Assembly (NCBI GenBank): GCA_018830585.1
Contig: JAHJSD010000013.1
Span: 1 to 34,261, forward strand
Direction: 5' to 3'
DNA from: Patescibacteria group bacterium
GTDB taxonomy: Bacteria; Patescibacteriota; Microgenomatia; UBA12405; JAHJSD01
Length of the DNA stretch: 34,261 nt
Shown here: positions 1 through 8,447 of the stretch, piece by piece
Numbering within the stretch: position 1 is the stretch's first letter
How the letters are laid out: every line of letters begins with the position of its first letter
Notes under the pieces: generated by a model
Seen by the model: the letters and a program-made list of their open reading frames with translations, nothing else
Told to the model about the DNA's origin: nothing
Databases searched by the model: none
Position numbers and translations under genes: made by a program

Positions 1-19
1 ACTTGCCGAAGCTGCGGCC

Positions 20-105
20 GTTAGACAAAATCACATTTGAAAATACAAAAGGCTGCGAGCTAAGAGCGCCTGCCCGCCTTTGGAGGGAGCGGCATTTTGT
101 CTAAC
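20..105 (-). other. ORF-less integron cassette body between two att sites
   Basis: Bounded by complementary ends GTTAGACAAAAT (20-31) and ATTTTGTCTAAC (94-105); no ORF; its own attC runs off the left edge of the window. Confidence 0.55.
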
Positions 106-211
106 GTTTCGGTATATTTGATGTTTCGCTATTATTTTAGCATTTTTCACTGTTAGAGCGAAATATGGGACGAGCGACTGCAAAGAGTGAGCCAGATATA
201 CCGTGTTAAAC
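99..211 (-). mobile_element. Integron attC-like recombination site (113 bp)
   Basis: GTCTAAC (99-105) ... GTTAAAC (205-211) with inner arms CGGTATAT/ATATACCG; same layout as the 1080-1166 site. Confidence 0.75.
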
Positions 212-413
212 GACCCGATCCTAAGCGGAGTCGAAGGAGAGAGTGCAACGTGGCCAAACGACTGAAAGGGACAAGGAGTATATTTTCCCTTAATTTCTTT
301 TTCAGCCAGTTTTTTATTTCTTTTGATATGAATTTTCGGCGAAAAAAACAGGGGTTAGGGATGAATTTTTTGAGCTGAAATTGTGAAACGGGCAAATGAT
401 ATTAACTCCAATT

Positions 414-674
414 TTAGTATTGATCGTGAGTCAATATATCAGTAAGGATATAGTTTTGTTTCTCTTTAATGAAAGTGATCCTTAGGTTTGACTCAAGCCA
501 AATAGAGTACTGGTTAATTCTTTTACCCCTAAGTTTATGAAGCCTTAAGGAGGGATGATTAGGGTTTCTGAGAAGCAGGTTCAGTTGTAAGGTAGTCTTC
601 TTTTTTAAAGCTGGTTTTTTCTTAATTGTTTGTTTAAGCTTGCGTTTAAAATGACTGGTATAGCGAAGATTCAT
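414..674 (-). CDS. Type II toxin, RelE/YafQ-like mRNA interferase
   Basis: 86 aa, basic; motifs TSHFKRKLK, HPSLRLHKLRG, SIWLESNLRITF, DILTHDQY; 4-nt overlap with the upstream antitoxin. Confidence 0.85.
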   Translation of the reverse strand: MNLRYTSHFKRKLKQTIKKKPALKKKTTLQLNLLLRNPNHPSLRLHKLRGKRINQYSIWLESNLRITFIKEKQNYILTDILTHDQY

Positions 675-925
675 AAAGAGTTCACGAAATCATCAACCGA
701 ACGGACGATTTTTGTTTTGCCCGATCGAAACTCTTTAAGAGCTTTTAAAGCAGTTTCCTCAGTTGACTGACTCATGGTAAACTCAGGTATCTCCATATCC
801 TTAACGTCTTCGAGAATTAGGTGCTTTAAATAGGCCGACATGGTTAAGCCAAAACGTTGGGTCTTGGCCTGAACGTAGTCGTAAAGTTGCACTGGTAAAG
901 TAACTTTTAATTGAGTTGAGCTCAT
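671..925 (-). CDS. Antitoxin (ribbon-helix-helix-like N-terminus)
   Basis: 84 aa; QLKVTLP...MSAYLKHLI and C-terminal EFRSGKTKIVRSVDDF; directly upstream of the toxin. Confidence 0.75.
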   Translation of the reverse strand: MSSTQLKVTLPVQLYDYVQAKTQRFGLTMSAYLKHLILEDVKDMEIPEFTMSQSTEETALKALKEFRSGKTKIVRSVDDFVNSL

Positions 926-933
926 ATGACACC

Positions 934-981
934 ATTATAGTCCTTAATTAGACCTTTATCAAGTCTTTTTAGGGACTATAA
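934..981 (-). promoter_or_regulatory. TA promoter with overlapping inverted-repeat operator
   Basis: Minus strand TTGATA (962-957), 17 nt, TATAAT (939-934); inverted repeat TTATAGTCC (935-943)/GGACTATAA (973-981). Confidence 0.65.
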
Positions 982-1079
982 CGTCATTAGTCCGGTTTAT
1001 CTGCATATTTTATTCAAGATATCATCCTTTTTTATTTATAAAAAACTGGCTGAAAAATCTAAATAGTAAAATATATTTC

Positions 1080-1166
1080 GTTTAACGTATCGGCATATAC
1101 GATGTTTGCGAAGCAAATATGGGTGAGTGAGGTGCAACCGAGCGAACCGTATATGCCGTGTTAGGT
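1080..1166 (-). mobile_element. Integron attC-like recombination site (87 bp)
   Basis: GTTTAAC (1080-1086) ... GTTAGGT (1160-1166); arms CGGCATATACG/CGTATATGCCG. Confidence 0.8.
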
Positions 1167-1254
1167 GCGCCGCAGGCTGAGCCAGAGTGCAACGTCCCGA
1201 AGGGCTGGCGAAGAGTTGCAGATTTGCCGTCAATTATAAAAGGCGGACAGAAAA

Positions 1255-1641
1255 TTACTTGCGTTCATATTTGGCGACCTCAATGAGGTTGCCCTCTGTA
1301 TCTTTACATTGAAAACAACGATAAGGATAGTCAGTGAACGCAAGATTTTCCGGTGGACTAACTATTTTAATATCATGCTTTTTAACTTTTTTAAATACAG
1401 CATCAACATCATCGGCCCAAAAAACAGGAATTGCGTTATTGCCGACAATGCGTTTATTGCTGATAATCTTTGGATTTATGAGACCAAAGTAAAATCCACT
1501 GCCGAGGTCGAAGTCAGCCCATGTATCATCCTCACGATGAGTGACTTTCATGCCAAGCAAATCTTCATAGAACTTGATTGCCCTATTCATGACTTCGACC
1601 GAGACATAAAAATGATCTAATTTTGCGTGTACCATATTCAT
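1255..1641 (-). CDS. VOC/glyoxalase family protein (first cassette)
   Basis: 128 aa; LDHFYVSV..RAIKFYEDLLG, FWADDVDAVF, FQCKDTEGNLIEV. Confidence 0.9.
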   Translation of the reverse strand: MNMVHAKLDHFYVSVEVMNRAIKFYEDLLGMKVTHREDDTWADFDLGSGFYFGLINPKIISNKRIVGNNAIPVFWADDVDAVFKKVKKHDIKIVSPPENLAFTDYPYRCFQCKDTEGNLIEVAKYERK

Positions 1642-1706
1642 AGATGATGTTGATGTGTTAATAAAATTTTCTGTCCGCCTACCTTAAAAGGCAAATCTGC
1701 AATTGC

Positions 1707-1771
1707 GCCTAACTGGTTCTTATCCGAAGTGTTTTCATAAAACATACTGGTAATTGTATGTTATGCGAACA
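1707..1771 (-). mobile_element. Putative attI site
   Basis: Minus strand CGGATAA-GAACCAG-TTAGGC with GTTAGGC core and no attC hairpin partner, preceded by a second tyrosine-recombinase-type box GTTCGCATAA-CATACAA-TTACC; located at the head of the array. Confidence 0.55.
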
Positions 1772-1827
1772 ATTTTGCATAACAACTTGACATTAATTAA
1801 GTACATATTATCAGATTTCTACCAAAG

Positions 1828-1871
1828 ATGGAAAAGCAAATATCAACAACCGCAAGAGAGCTGCAGATGAG
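1828..1871 (+). pseudogene. Possible 5' remnant of the integron integrase
   Basis: Divergent from attI; MEKQISTTARELQM plus AG, then a palindromic repeat; resembles the EL.LRNYS start of integrase N-terminal domains. Confidence 0.4.
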
Positions 1872-1873
1872 TG

Positions 1874-2345
1874 CTCCACCCCCGGTGTGTCATAGGTACT
1901 CCACCCCCGGGGTGTAGTACCTATGACCATGGTGATCTGGAATGAGCGGCGGGGGATTACGATTCTGAGGCTTTGTTGAGGGGGGAGCCCTCCTCTCTCG
2001 TCATTCCGAGAAGGTTTGCCCCCCCCGTCATCCTGATCTCCCTCAGGGAGAGAAGGATTCCCTTTGGGTTAGTAATTTGCTCTTTAAAAGGGGACCTGTT
2101 AAACACCCCCGGGGAGCCAAAAGCGCCTGCCGGTTTACCTGTCTGCCGACAGGCAGGCCCGCCGGTAGGAGGGCAGGCAGGTCACCCCGGGAGTGGGTTA
2201 ATCAGGTAGGGATTCCTCAATTCGCAAAACTCGCTCGGAACGGCCATTCCCTCTCCGTCATTCTGAGCAAAGCGAAGAATCCCCATGAGATCAGCAATTT
2301 GTTTTAATCCAGATGGGACCTGTCTGATGTAGGCAGGCGGCGAAG
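1874..2345 (+). repeat. Cluster of short palindromic (REP-like) repeat modules
   Basis: GTCATAGGTACT..CACCCCCGGGGTG..AGTACCTATGAC; 34-bp CCGTCATCCTGATCTCCCTCAGGGAGAGAAGGAT (2025-2058) identical to 33862-33895; ACACCCCCGGGG...CCCCGGGAGTGGGTTAAT; GTCATTCTGAGCAAAGCGAAGAATCCC. Confidence 0.75.
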
Positions 2346-2454
2346 CGAATTTTATACACGAACCAAGAAAATCTGGGTTTACGCCTGTGGAGCTTCATTT
2401 CGAAGATAGTACGGCCCCAGAGCCCCGTCGGATGACGGGGTGAACTGTGAAGAT

Positions 2455-2531
2455 TGGTCGGGGTGGCCGGACTCGAACCGGCGGCCTTTCGCACCCCATG
2501 CGAACGCGCTAGCCAACTGCGCCACGCCCCG
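2455..2531 (-). tRNA. tRNA-Pro(GGG)
   Basis: CGGGGCGTGGCGCAGTTGGCTAGCGCG-TTCGC-ATGGGGT-GCGAA...GGTTCGAGTCC...CCCCGACCA; encoded CCA; TGCTATAAT upstream. Confidence 0.97.
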
Positions 2532-2676
2532 TTGAATCTTTAACCATGGATATTATAGCAAATATTCAAATAGACACTTAAGTTTTAAGTAGTTAATCTG
2601 ATTAAAAAGCCTCTTTTGGGTAAAGCCTCCTCAAGATAGTTCGGGTTTGATGCGGTTTGGAGGATAGGATAATTCC

Positions 2677-2727
2677 GTTCTCTCATTTCAACGATCGTTG
2701 AAATGAGAGAACCATTTTTGCTAAACT
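2677..2727 (+). promoter_or_regulatory. Perfect 36-bp palindrome overlapping the promoter of the PaaX-like gene
   Basis: GTTCTCTCATTTCAACGATCGTTGAAATGAGAGAAC (2677-2712) contains TTGAAA (2698-2703), 18 nt before TAAACT (2722-2727). Confidence 0.65.
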
Positions 2728-2733
2728 AAAAAC

Positions 2734-3561
2734 ATGCCATCAGTTAAAAAGTGGCGGACCGGTAGTTGGCGCCGCACGGTTTCCTTTAAGGACCTCGTTG
2801 TTCTATCTCTTCTTTCTTTTGTAGATATGACCGCTTTGATCCACGACTATGCTCGACTGCCGGGAAGAGTGAAATTTCAACAAATTCCTTTTGAGGAGGT
2901 TAAAAGGTATCTGGATCAAATCAATAAGAAAGGGCAGACAGGAAGACCTGTCTTTAATAGTCTAAAGAGAAAGAAAGCCCTTAGCCTCAAACAAGATAAA
3001 CTTTTCCTGAATCTAAACGATAAATGGTGGCAAGATATGTTTGAGATAAAATTCCGCTTTTTTTCCGCTCCTCACTCTTGGGATGGCTGGTGGCTGATAG
3101 TTTTCTTTGATATCCCGGAAGAAAAGAGGAAAGTTCGGGATTTTTTTCGGAGGACGATCAAAGATTTGGGATTTGTTCTTTGGCAAAAGTCCGTTTGGGT
3201 TACCATTAACAAGATGGAGAGACCTTTAAAAGAATTGATCGAAGGCTCTAACATTGATCCTTGGATTTCCGTTTTACGGGCAAAGAGCGTTTTTGGCGAC
3301 AAGGACAGGGAAATTATTAAAAACCTTTTCGACACCAAAGATTTAGAGGCCTCATACCAAAGATTTCTCCTTCTGGCGAAAGAGAGTTTGAAGAAGAAGG
3401 ACTACTCTCGAATGAAAGAATTGTTTTTAGCGTTGCCGGAATTAATCCTTAAAGATACCGGGGTACCGGATGAATTTTTTGAGGATGTCTTGATTAGAAA
3501 AAAAATGTGGCAGACCTTCGCCGAGTTAAGGGGGTTCGTTGCCGGTCAAGTTGTTTTTTAA
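2734..3561 (+). CDS. PaaX-like transcriptional regulator (central Cas2-like fold domain)
   Basis: WDGWWLIVFFDIPEEKRKVRDFFRRTIKDLGFVLWQKSVWVT and C-terminal LILKDTGVPDEF. Confidence 0.8.
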   Translation: MPSVKKWRTGSWRRTVSFKDLVVLSLLSFVDMTALIHDYARLPGRVKFQQIPFEEVKRYLDQINKKGQTGRPVFNSLKRKKALSLKQDKLFLNLNDKWWQDMFEIKFRFFSAPHSWDGWWLIVFFDIPEEKRKVRDFFRRTIKDLGFVLWQKSVWVTINKMERPLKELIEGSNIDPWISVLRAKSVFGDKDREIIKNLFDTKDLEASYQRFLLLAKESLKKKDYSRMKELFLALPELILKDTGVPDEFFEDVLIRKKMWQTFAELRGFVAGQVVF

Positions 3562-3622
3562 CATTTTTTATGTTAGAAAATAAGAGTATCGATTAGTTAA
3601 TTCCAAAGTTAAAGAGGAAGTT

Positions 3623-4648
3623 ATGACTAAACAAAAAGACGAAATCAAGCACAAAAAGGAGGCGGTAGAGGCGGCAATGGCGCAAATTGAAAAACAATAC
3701 GGCAAGGGAGCGATTATGAGGATGGGTGAAAGACAGGCGAAGCTCAAAATAGATGTTGTTTCTACCGGTTGTTTCACTTTAGACCTTGCTTTGGGGGTAG
3801 GCGGACTTCCCAGGGGTAGGGTTAGCGAGATTTACGGTCCGGAAGCCTCAGGAAAAACAACCGTTTGTCTCCATGTTATTGCTGAAGCCCAAAAACAAGG
3901 CGGTGTCGCCGCTTTTGTAGATGCCGAACACGCTTTAGACCCCCAGAGGGCAAAGGTAATTGGGGTAGACATTGACAATCTTCTGATTTCCCAACCGGAC
4001 ACGGGAGAACAAGCGCTGGAAATCGTCGAGACTTTAGTCAGATCGGGAGGTTTAGACGTAATTGTGATAGATTCCGTTGCCGCTTTGGTGCCAAAGGCGG
4101 AAATAGAGGGCCAGATGGGAGATGCCTCCATCGGTGTTCAGGCAAGACTGATGTCCCAGGCGTTAAGAAAACTGACCGGGGCAATTTCAAAATCGAGAAC
4201 AGTAGTTATTTTTACTAATCAAATCAGGCATAAGATCGGCGTTTTCTTTGGTAACCCGGAGACCACTTCCGGAGGATTAGCATTGAAGTTTTATTCTTCG
4301 GTCAGAATTGACCTAAGGAGAAAAACAGCGGTTAAAAATAGTGAGGGTGTGGTTGTTGGTTCGCTCCACAAAGCGAGGGTGGTGAAAAATAAAGTGGCTC
4401 CTCCGTTCAGAGACGCGGAGTTCGAGATTTTAAATCGGGGTGGAGTTTCAAGATCCGGCAGCTTGCTTGATGCCGCCTTGGCTTTTGATGTGGTTAAACA
4501 GAGCGGAGCCTTTTTCAAATATCAGGGGAAAAATATAGGACAAGGAAGAGAAGCGGTTAAGGAGTTTTTAGATAAAAACGAAAAAACGGCCCAATCATTG
4601 AAGGGAGAAATCTTAGCCGCTGTAGACAAAGCTTCCTTAGACTCCTGA
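3623..4648 (+). CDS. recA: Recombinase RecA
   Basis: [40 protein letters not shown]; RBS GAGGA. Confidence 0.99.
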   Translation: MTKQKDEIKHKKEAVEAAMAQIEKQYGKGAIMRMGERQAKLKIDVVSTGCFTLDLALGVGGLPRGRVSEIYGPEASGKTTVCLHVIAEAQKQGGVAAFVDAEHALDPQRAKVIGVDIDNLLISQPDTGEQALEIVETLVRSGGLDVIVIDSVAALVPKAEIEGQMGDASIGVQARLMSQALRKLTGAISKSRTVVIFTNQIRHKIGVFFGNPETTSGGLALKFYSSVRIDLRRKTAVKNSEGVVVGSLHKARVVKNKVAPPFRDAEFEILNRGGVSRSGSLLDAALAFDVVKQSGAFFKYQGKNIGQGREAVKEFLDKNEKTAQSLKGEILAAVDKASLDS

Positions 4649-4767
4649 GTTTTTGCGATAATTGCCAAGTGATTTAACTTTGACTGCGTGGTAAAATATT
4701 AGGGTTCAAGGAGAAATTATGCTTAATAAAATTTTTCTTCTTTTTAAAGTTTTTAAAGGAGGATTAG

Positions 4768-6285
4768 ATGATCAATATAATTCCGCGCCGGTTATTTGGT
4801 ATTTTTGGTGGATTCAAAAAGAAAGAACCACCTGTTCCCGTTCCCGCGCCTTTGTCTTTACTGCAGGAGCAGCCTCCTCGGGTTCCTTCTGAAAAATTTA
4901 AGGCTAAGAAAAAACTTCAGCCGGCTAAAAAATCCTTGGAGGAAAAAAGGATTCTTGACCTTTTGGAAAGGTTAAGACAGAGGGAGAGGGGTTTAGATTT
5001 GAGATTAAAATCATTGGAGGGAAAAGAGCATTTTCTTCAGGAGAAAGAGACCAGAATAGAAAAATTGGAGAGTTCTTTAAGGGAGGATAAAGAGAAGTTA
5101 GACGCTCTCCGGTTAGAGGAGACTAAAAAGTTAGAGCAGATTTCTGGTCTTGATGAGGATCAGGCTAAGAAGCAAATTGTCGACCAGGTCGAAAAAAAGA
5201 TGGTTGGCTGGATATCGAGAAAAGTTGAAGAGACAAAAGAGTCAATCAAAAGCCAGGAGACCGAGCTGGCAAAAGAAATTTTAGTAGACGCCTTGCGGCA
5301 TGGAGTAGTTGACTGGGTTGCCGAATACACCGTTTCTACTATTCGTTTGGCAGATGAAGAAATTAAAGGAAGAATTATCGGCCGTGAGGGGAGAAATATC
5401 CGCGCTTTTGAGAGAGCTACCGGAGTCGAACTTGAACTTGATGAAACCAACGATGTTAGGCTTTCTTCTTTTGATCCGGTCAGGCGGGAAATTGCCAAAC
5501 TTTCTTTAGAGAAATTGATTCGTGATGGCAGAATCCAGCCTTCAAGGATTGAAGAAGTTGTTTCCCAGACCCAGACCCAAATGGATAAAGTTCTTCTTGA
5601 GGAGGGGAAAAGGATTTGTCAGGCAGTCGGTGTTTACCATTTGCCAATCGAGCTGGTTAAATTGATTGGTAAATTCAAGTACCGTTTTTCTTATGGCCAG
5701 AATTTGGCCCAGCATACCATCGAGGAAACCAAAATCGGGGTTGCTTTGGCTTACGAGCTAAAAGCGGATGTCAAATTAGTCAGGTTGGGCTGTCTCTTGC
5801 ACGATATTGGCAAGGTTATCACCGAAGAGGAGGGAAGCCATGTAGGTCTGGGCGTCGATTTGTTGAAACGTTACCAACTGCCCGATAAGGTAATTGCCTG
5901 TGTGGCCGAGCACCACGAAGACAAGCAGTTTTCCTGCATCGAATCCATCGTTGTCTGGATTGCCGATGCCGCTTCCGGGTCCAGACCTGGCGCCAGATAC
6001 GAAGCCCATGAAGAGTATCTTAAGAGAATGGAAAATATAGAGGAGATTGTTAAATCTTTCAAGGGGGTTTCTAATGTGGCGGCTTATCAGGCCGGAAGGG
6101 AGGTCAGGGTAATTGTTCGGCCTGAGGAAGTATCCGACAGCGAGCTTACCGTCTTAGTTCAGGAAATGGCTGAAAGGTTAGACGAGGAGGCAAGGTGGGC
6201 GGGTCAAATTAAATTGACTGCTATTAGGGAAACCAGGGCAACAATTACTGCCCCAGTTATTGACAAGCAAAGAAAACACCTTTAA
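4768..6285 (+). CDS. rny: Ribonuclease Y
   Basis: Coiled coil, KH domain (KGRIIGREGRNIRAFE), HD domain (LLHDIGK, SGSRPGAR); follows recA. Confidence 0.96.
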   Translation: MINIIPRRLFGIFGGFKKKEPPVPVPAPLSLLQEQPPRVPSEKFKAKKKLQPAKKSLEEKRILDLLERLRQRERGLDLRLKSLEGKEHFLQEKETRIEKLESSLREDKEKLDALRLEETKKLEQISGLDEDQAKKQIVDQVEKKMVGWISRKVEETKESIKSQETELAKEILVDALRHGVVDWVAEYTVSTIRLADEEIKGRIIGREGRNIRAFERATGVELELDETNDVRLSSFDPVRREIAKLSLEKLIRDGRIQPSRIEEVVSQTQTQMDKVLLEEGKRICQAVGVYHLPIELVKLIGKFKYRFSYGQNLAQHTIEETKIGVALAYELKADVKLVRLGCLLHDIGKVITEEEGSHVGLGVDLLKRYQLPDKVIACVAEHHEDKQFSCIESIVVWIADAASGSRPGARYEAHEEYLKRMENIEEIVKSFKGVSNVAAYQAGREVRVIVRPEEVSDSELTVLVQEMAERLDEEARWAGQIKLTAIRETRATITAPVIDKQRKHL

Positions 6286-6288
6286 AAT
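6260..6288 (+). promoter_or_regulatory. Sigma70-type promoter for HU
   Basis: TTGACA (6260-6265), 17 nt, TAAAAT (6283-6288). Confidence 0.7.
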
Positions 6289-6335
6289 GCAATTAATTAA
6301 GCATTGATTGTTTTAAAAGGAGGTGGGGACAGTAA

Positions 6336-6608
6336 ATGACAAAAAGAGAATTAATAGAAGTTTTAGCAAAGAAAACCAAACTTACTAAAAGGGCGGCTAA
6401 AGAGATAGTTGAAGCCTTTTTGGCGGAGATAGGCAAAGCTCTTTCCCGCGGTGAAAAGGTTAAACTTTCAGGTTTTGGTGTCTTTTTCACCAAACTTTTC
6501 AAGAAAAAAATGGTTTCGCCGATTGGCGGCGGAAAAAAGAAATCAATCAGTTCTCGTAGAATGCCCAGATTTACTCCGGGAACAGCTCTAAAAAGAGCGG
6601 TAAGATAA
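6336..6608 (+). CDS. hup: HU family DNA-binding protein
   Basis: MTKRELIE..GEKVKLSGFGVF..PRFTPGTALKRAV; RBS AGGAGG. Confidence 0.95.
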   Translation: MTKRELIEVLAKKTKLTKRAAKEIVEAFLAEIGKALSRGEKVKLSGFGVFFTKLFKKKMVSPIGGGKKKSISSRRMPRFTPGTALKRAVR

Positions 6609-6625
6609 AACATTTTTTAGGATAA

Positions 6626-6664
6626 ACTCAAGAGACCCCGATTTTTAAGATCGGGTTCTTGAGT
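6626..6664 (+). terminator. Hairpin downstream of HU
   Basis: ACTCAAGAGACCCCGAT...ATCGGGTTCTTGAGT. Confidence 0.5.
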
Positions 6665-6684
6665 ATTCGGATTGTTTACTACTG

Positions 6685-7668
6685 ATGAGTCTAATCATTG
6701 CTTCTAATTTAAAAAAATACTATCGGGTTTACCACAAAGAACCGGGGCTTAAAGGATCGCTAAAATCGCTTTTTGCCAGAGAGTATCGGCAGCTAAAAGC
6801 GTTAGATGGAGTTAACTTTAAAATTAACCAGGGTGAGCTGATTGGTTTTATTGGTCCCAACGGCGCCGGGAAAACCACTACCTTAAAATGCCTCTCCGGA
6901 TTGCTTTGTCCGGACGATGGTTTTGTTTCCGTTTTAGGCTTTAACCCCTGGCAGAGAAAAGCGGAGTTTTTAAAACAAATCGCTTTTGTGATGGGGCAGA
7001 AGAATTTGCTTTGGTGGGATCTACCTCCGATAGAAACATTTTTACTCAATAAAGAAATTTACGCCATTCCTAAAAAGGACTTTGACAGCGCCCTTAAAGA
7101 ATTGGTAGACCTTTTGTCTGTGGAAGACATTCTTGGGGTGCCAACCAGAAAATTATCTTTAGGAGAGAGAATGAAATGTGAATTAATTGCCGCCTTACTT
7201 CATAAGCCCAAAGTTTTGTTTTTGGATGAGCCGACGATTGGTCTTGACGTGGTAATGCAGAAAAAAATCAGAGATTTTATTAAAAACTACAACCAAAAAT
7301 ATCAAGCGGCGATAATTCTTACTTCTCACTATATGGGCGATGTCCAGGAGCTGGCCAAAAGAGTAATTATTATCAATAAAGGAGTGATTGTTTTCGATGG
7401 ACAGCTGAGTGAAATTGTTAAAAAATACGCCGATCACAAGCTGATCTCAGTAGTTTTTTCCGAAAAGGTTCTTAAAAAGGATCTTAGAAGGATAGGCAAG
7501 ATTAAAGAGTTTGCTTTTCCGAAAGTTGTTTTGACGGTGAAAAAAAATCTTGCTTCTTTGGCCGCTTCGGAACTTTTGAAAAGTTTTCCGATCGAGGATT
7601 TAAACATTGAAGAGCCGGCGATCGAAGAAATTATCAGAGAGCTTTTTACCGGCAAGGATTATGCATGA
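6685..7668 (+). CDS. ABC transporter ATP-binding protein
   Basis: GPNGAGKTT, LSLGERMK, FLDEPTIGLD. Confidence 0.95.
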   Translation: MSLIIASNLKKYYRVYHKEPGLKGSLKSLFAREYRQLKALDGVNFKINQGELIGFIGPNGAGKTTTLKCLSGLLCPDDGFVSVLGFNPWQRKAEFLKQIAFVMGQKNLLWWDLPPIETFLLNKEIYAIPKKDFDSALKELVDLLSVEDILGVPTRKLSLGERMKCELIAALLHKPKVLFLDEPTIGLDVVMQKKIRDFIKNYNQKYQAAIILTSHYMGDVQELAKRVIIINKGVIVFDGQLSEIVKKYADHKLISVVFSEKVLKKDLRRIGKIKEFAFPKVVLTVKKNLASLAASELLKSFPIEDLNIEEPAIEEIIRELFTGKDYA

Positions 7669-8447
7669 AAAAATATTTGGCTATAGCCAGGTTGAGTCTT
7701 CAGGAAGATTTAGTCTATCGGAGTAACTTCTTTTTTTATTTTTGGGATCAGACGCTTTCTTTTTTAGTCCAGGTTTTGCTCTGGACAATTGTTTTTAAAG
7801 AATCCGACTCGATCGCCGGCTTTGATTTCAACGGCATTATTCAGTATTTTGTTATTGTCAGACTGATTCAGATTTTCACGGTTAGCAGAATAGCTTATGT
7901 TTTAGGAGACTTAATTATCAGCGGAGGCCTGTCCCGCTTTTTGATTCGCCCCTGGTCGTTTTTTTGGGCGATGTTTTCAAGACAATTGGGCAAGAAAATT
8001 TACCGTTTTTTTTACTTTTCCTTGGTAATTGCCGCTTTGTATTTTTTCGGTTTTGTCCAGCTTAGCTTGGTTAAAATTCTGATTTTCTTGGTAATGTTAG
8101 TCAATGTTTCGCTGCTTAGTTTTCTTTATAGCTTTAATTTGGGAGCCTTGGCTTTCTGGGCTACCAATATCACTTCATTAATTTGGTTTTTTCAGCAAGC
8201 GGCCGATTTTCTCGGTGGAGGCTGGTTGCCGGCCTCTTTTTTCCCGGTCTGGACTCTTTGGTTAATTAAAAAACTTCCTTTTTACCTTGCCTTAGGCTTT
8301 CCGGCAGAATTTTTTCAGGGTAAAATGGAGCCGGGCGGTGTATTGATTGGAATAGGCCAGCAACTGATTTGGATTTTCATTTTTTTCTTTTTAACTGCTT
8401 TAATTTGGGGTAAGGGGGTAAAGCAATATGAAGCAGTGGGTAATTGA
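7665..8447 (+). CDS. ABC-2 family permease
   Basis: Multi-TM, ends in VKQYEAVGN, coupled to the ATPase. Confidence 0.88.
   Translation: MKKYLAIARLSLQEDLVYRSNFFFYFWDQTLSFLVQVLLWTIVFKESDSIAGFDFNGIIQYFVIVRLIQIFTVSRIAYVLGDLIISGGLSRFLIRPWSFFWAMFSRQLGKKIYRFFYFSLVIAALYFFGFVQLSLVKILIFLVMLVNVSLLSFLYSFNLGALAFWATNITSLIWFFQQAADFLGGGWLPASFFPVWTLWLIKKLPFYLALGFPAEFFQGKMEPGGVLIGIGQQLIWIFIFFFLTALIWGKGVKQYEAVGN

Noticed and set aside
153-1233. ORFs 153-395, 187-378 and 1036-1233
   Set aside because: They are translations of attC sites and cassette flanks
1744-1771. Chromosomal dif site
   Set aside because: The XerC-like arm GTTCGCATAA is present, but the spacer is 7 nt and the XerD arm does not match; better explained as part of attI
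1973-2494. ORFs 1973-2209, 2077-2307 and 2291-2494 (likewise 11746-11970, 25143-25457, 30479-30785)
   Set aside because: They read through palindromic repeats or the tRNA and have no protein features
2734-3561. Cas2 call
   Set aside because: The Cas2-like segment is the central domain of a 275-aa PaaX-type protein; no cas1 or array nearby
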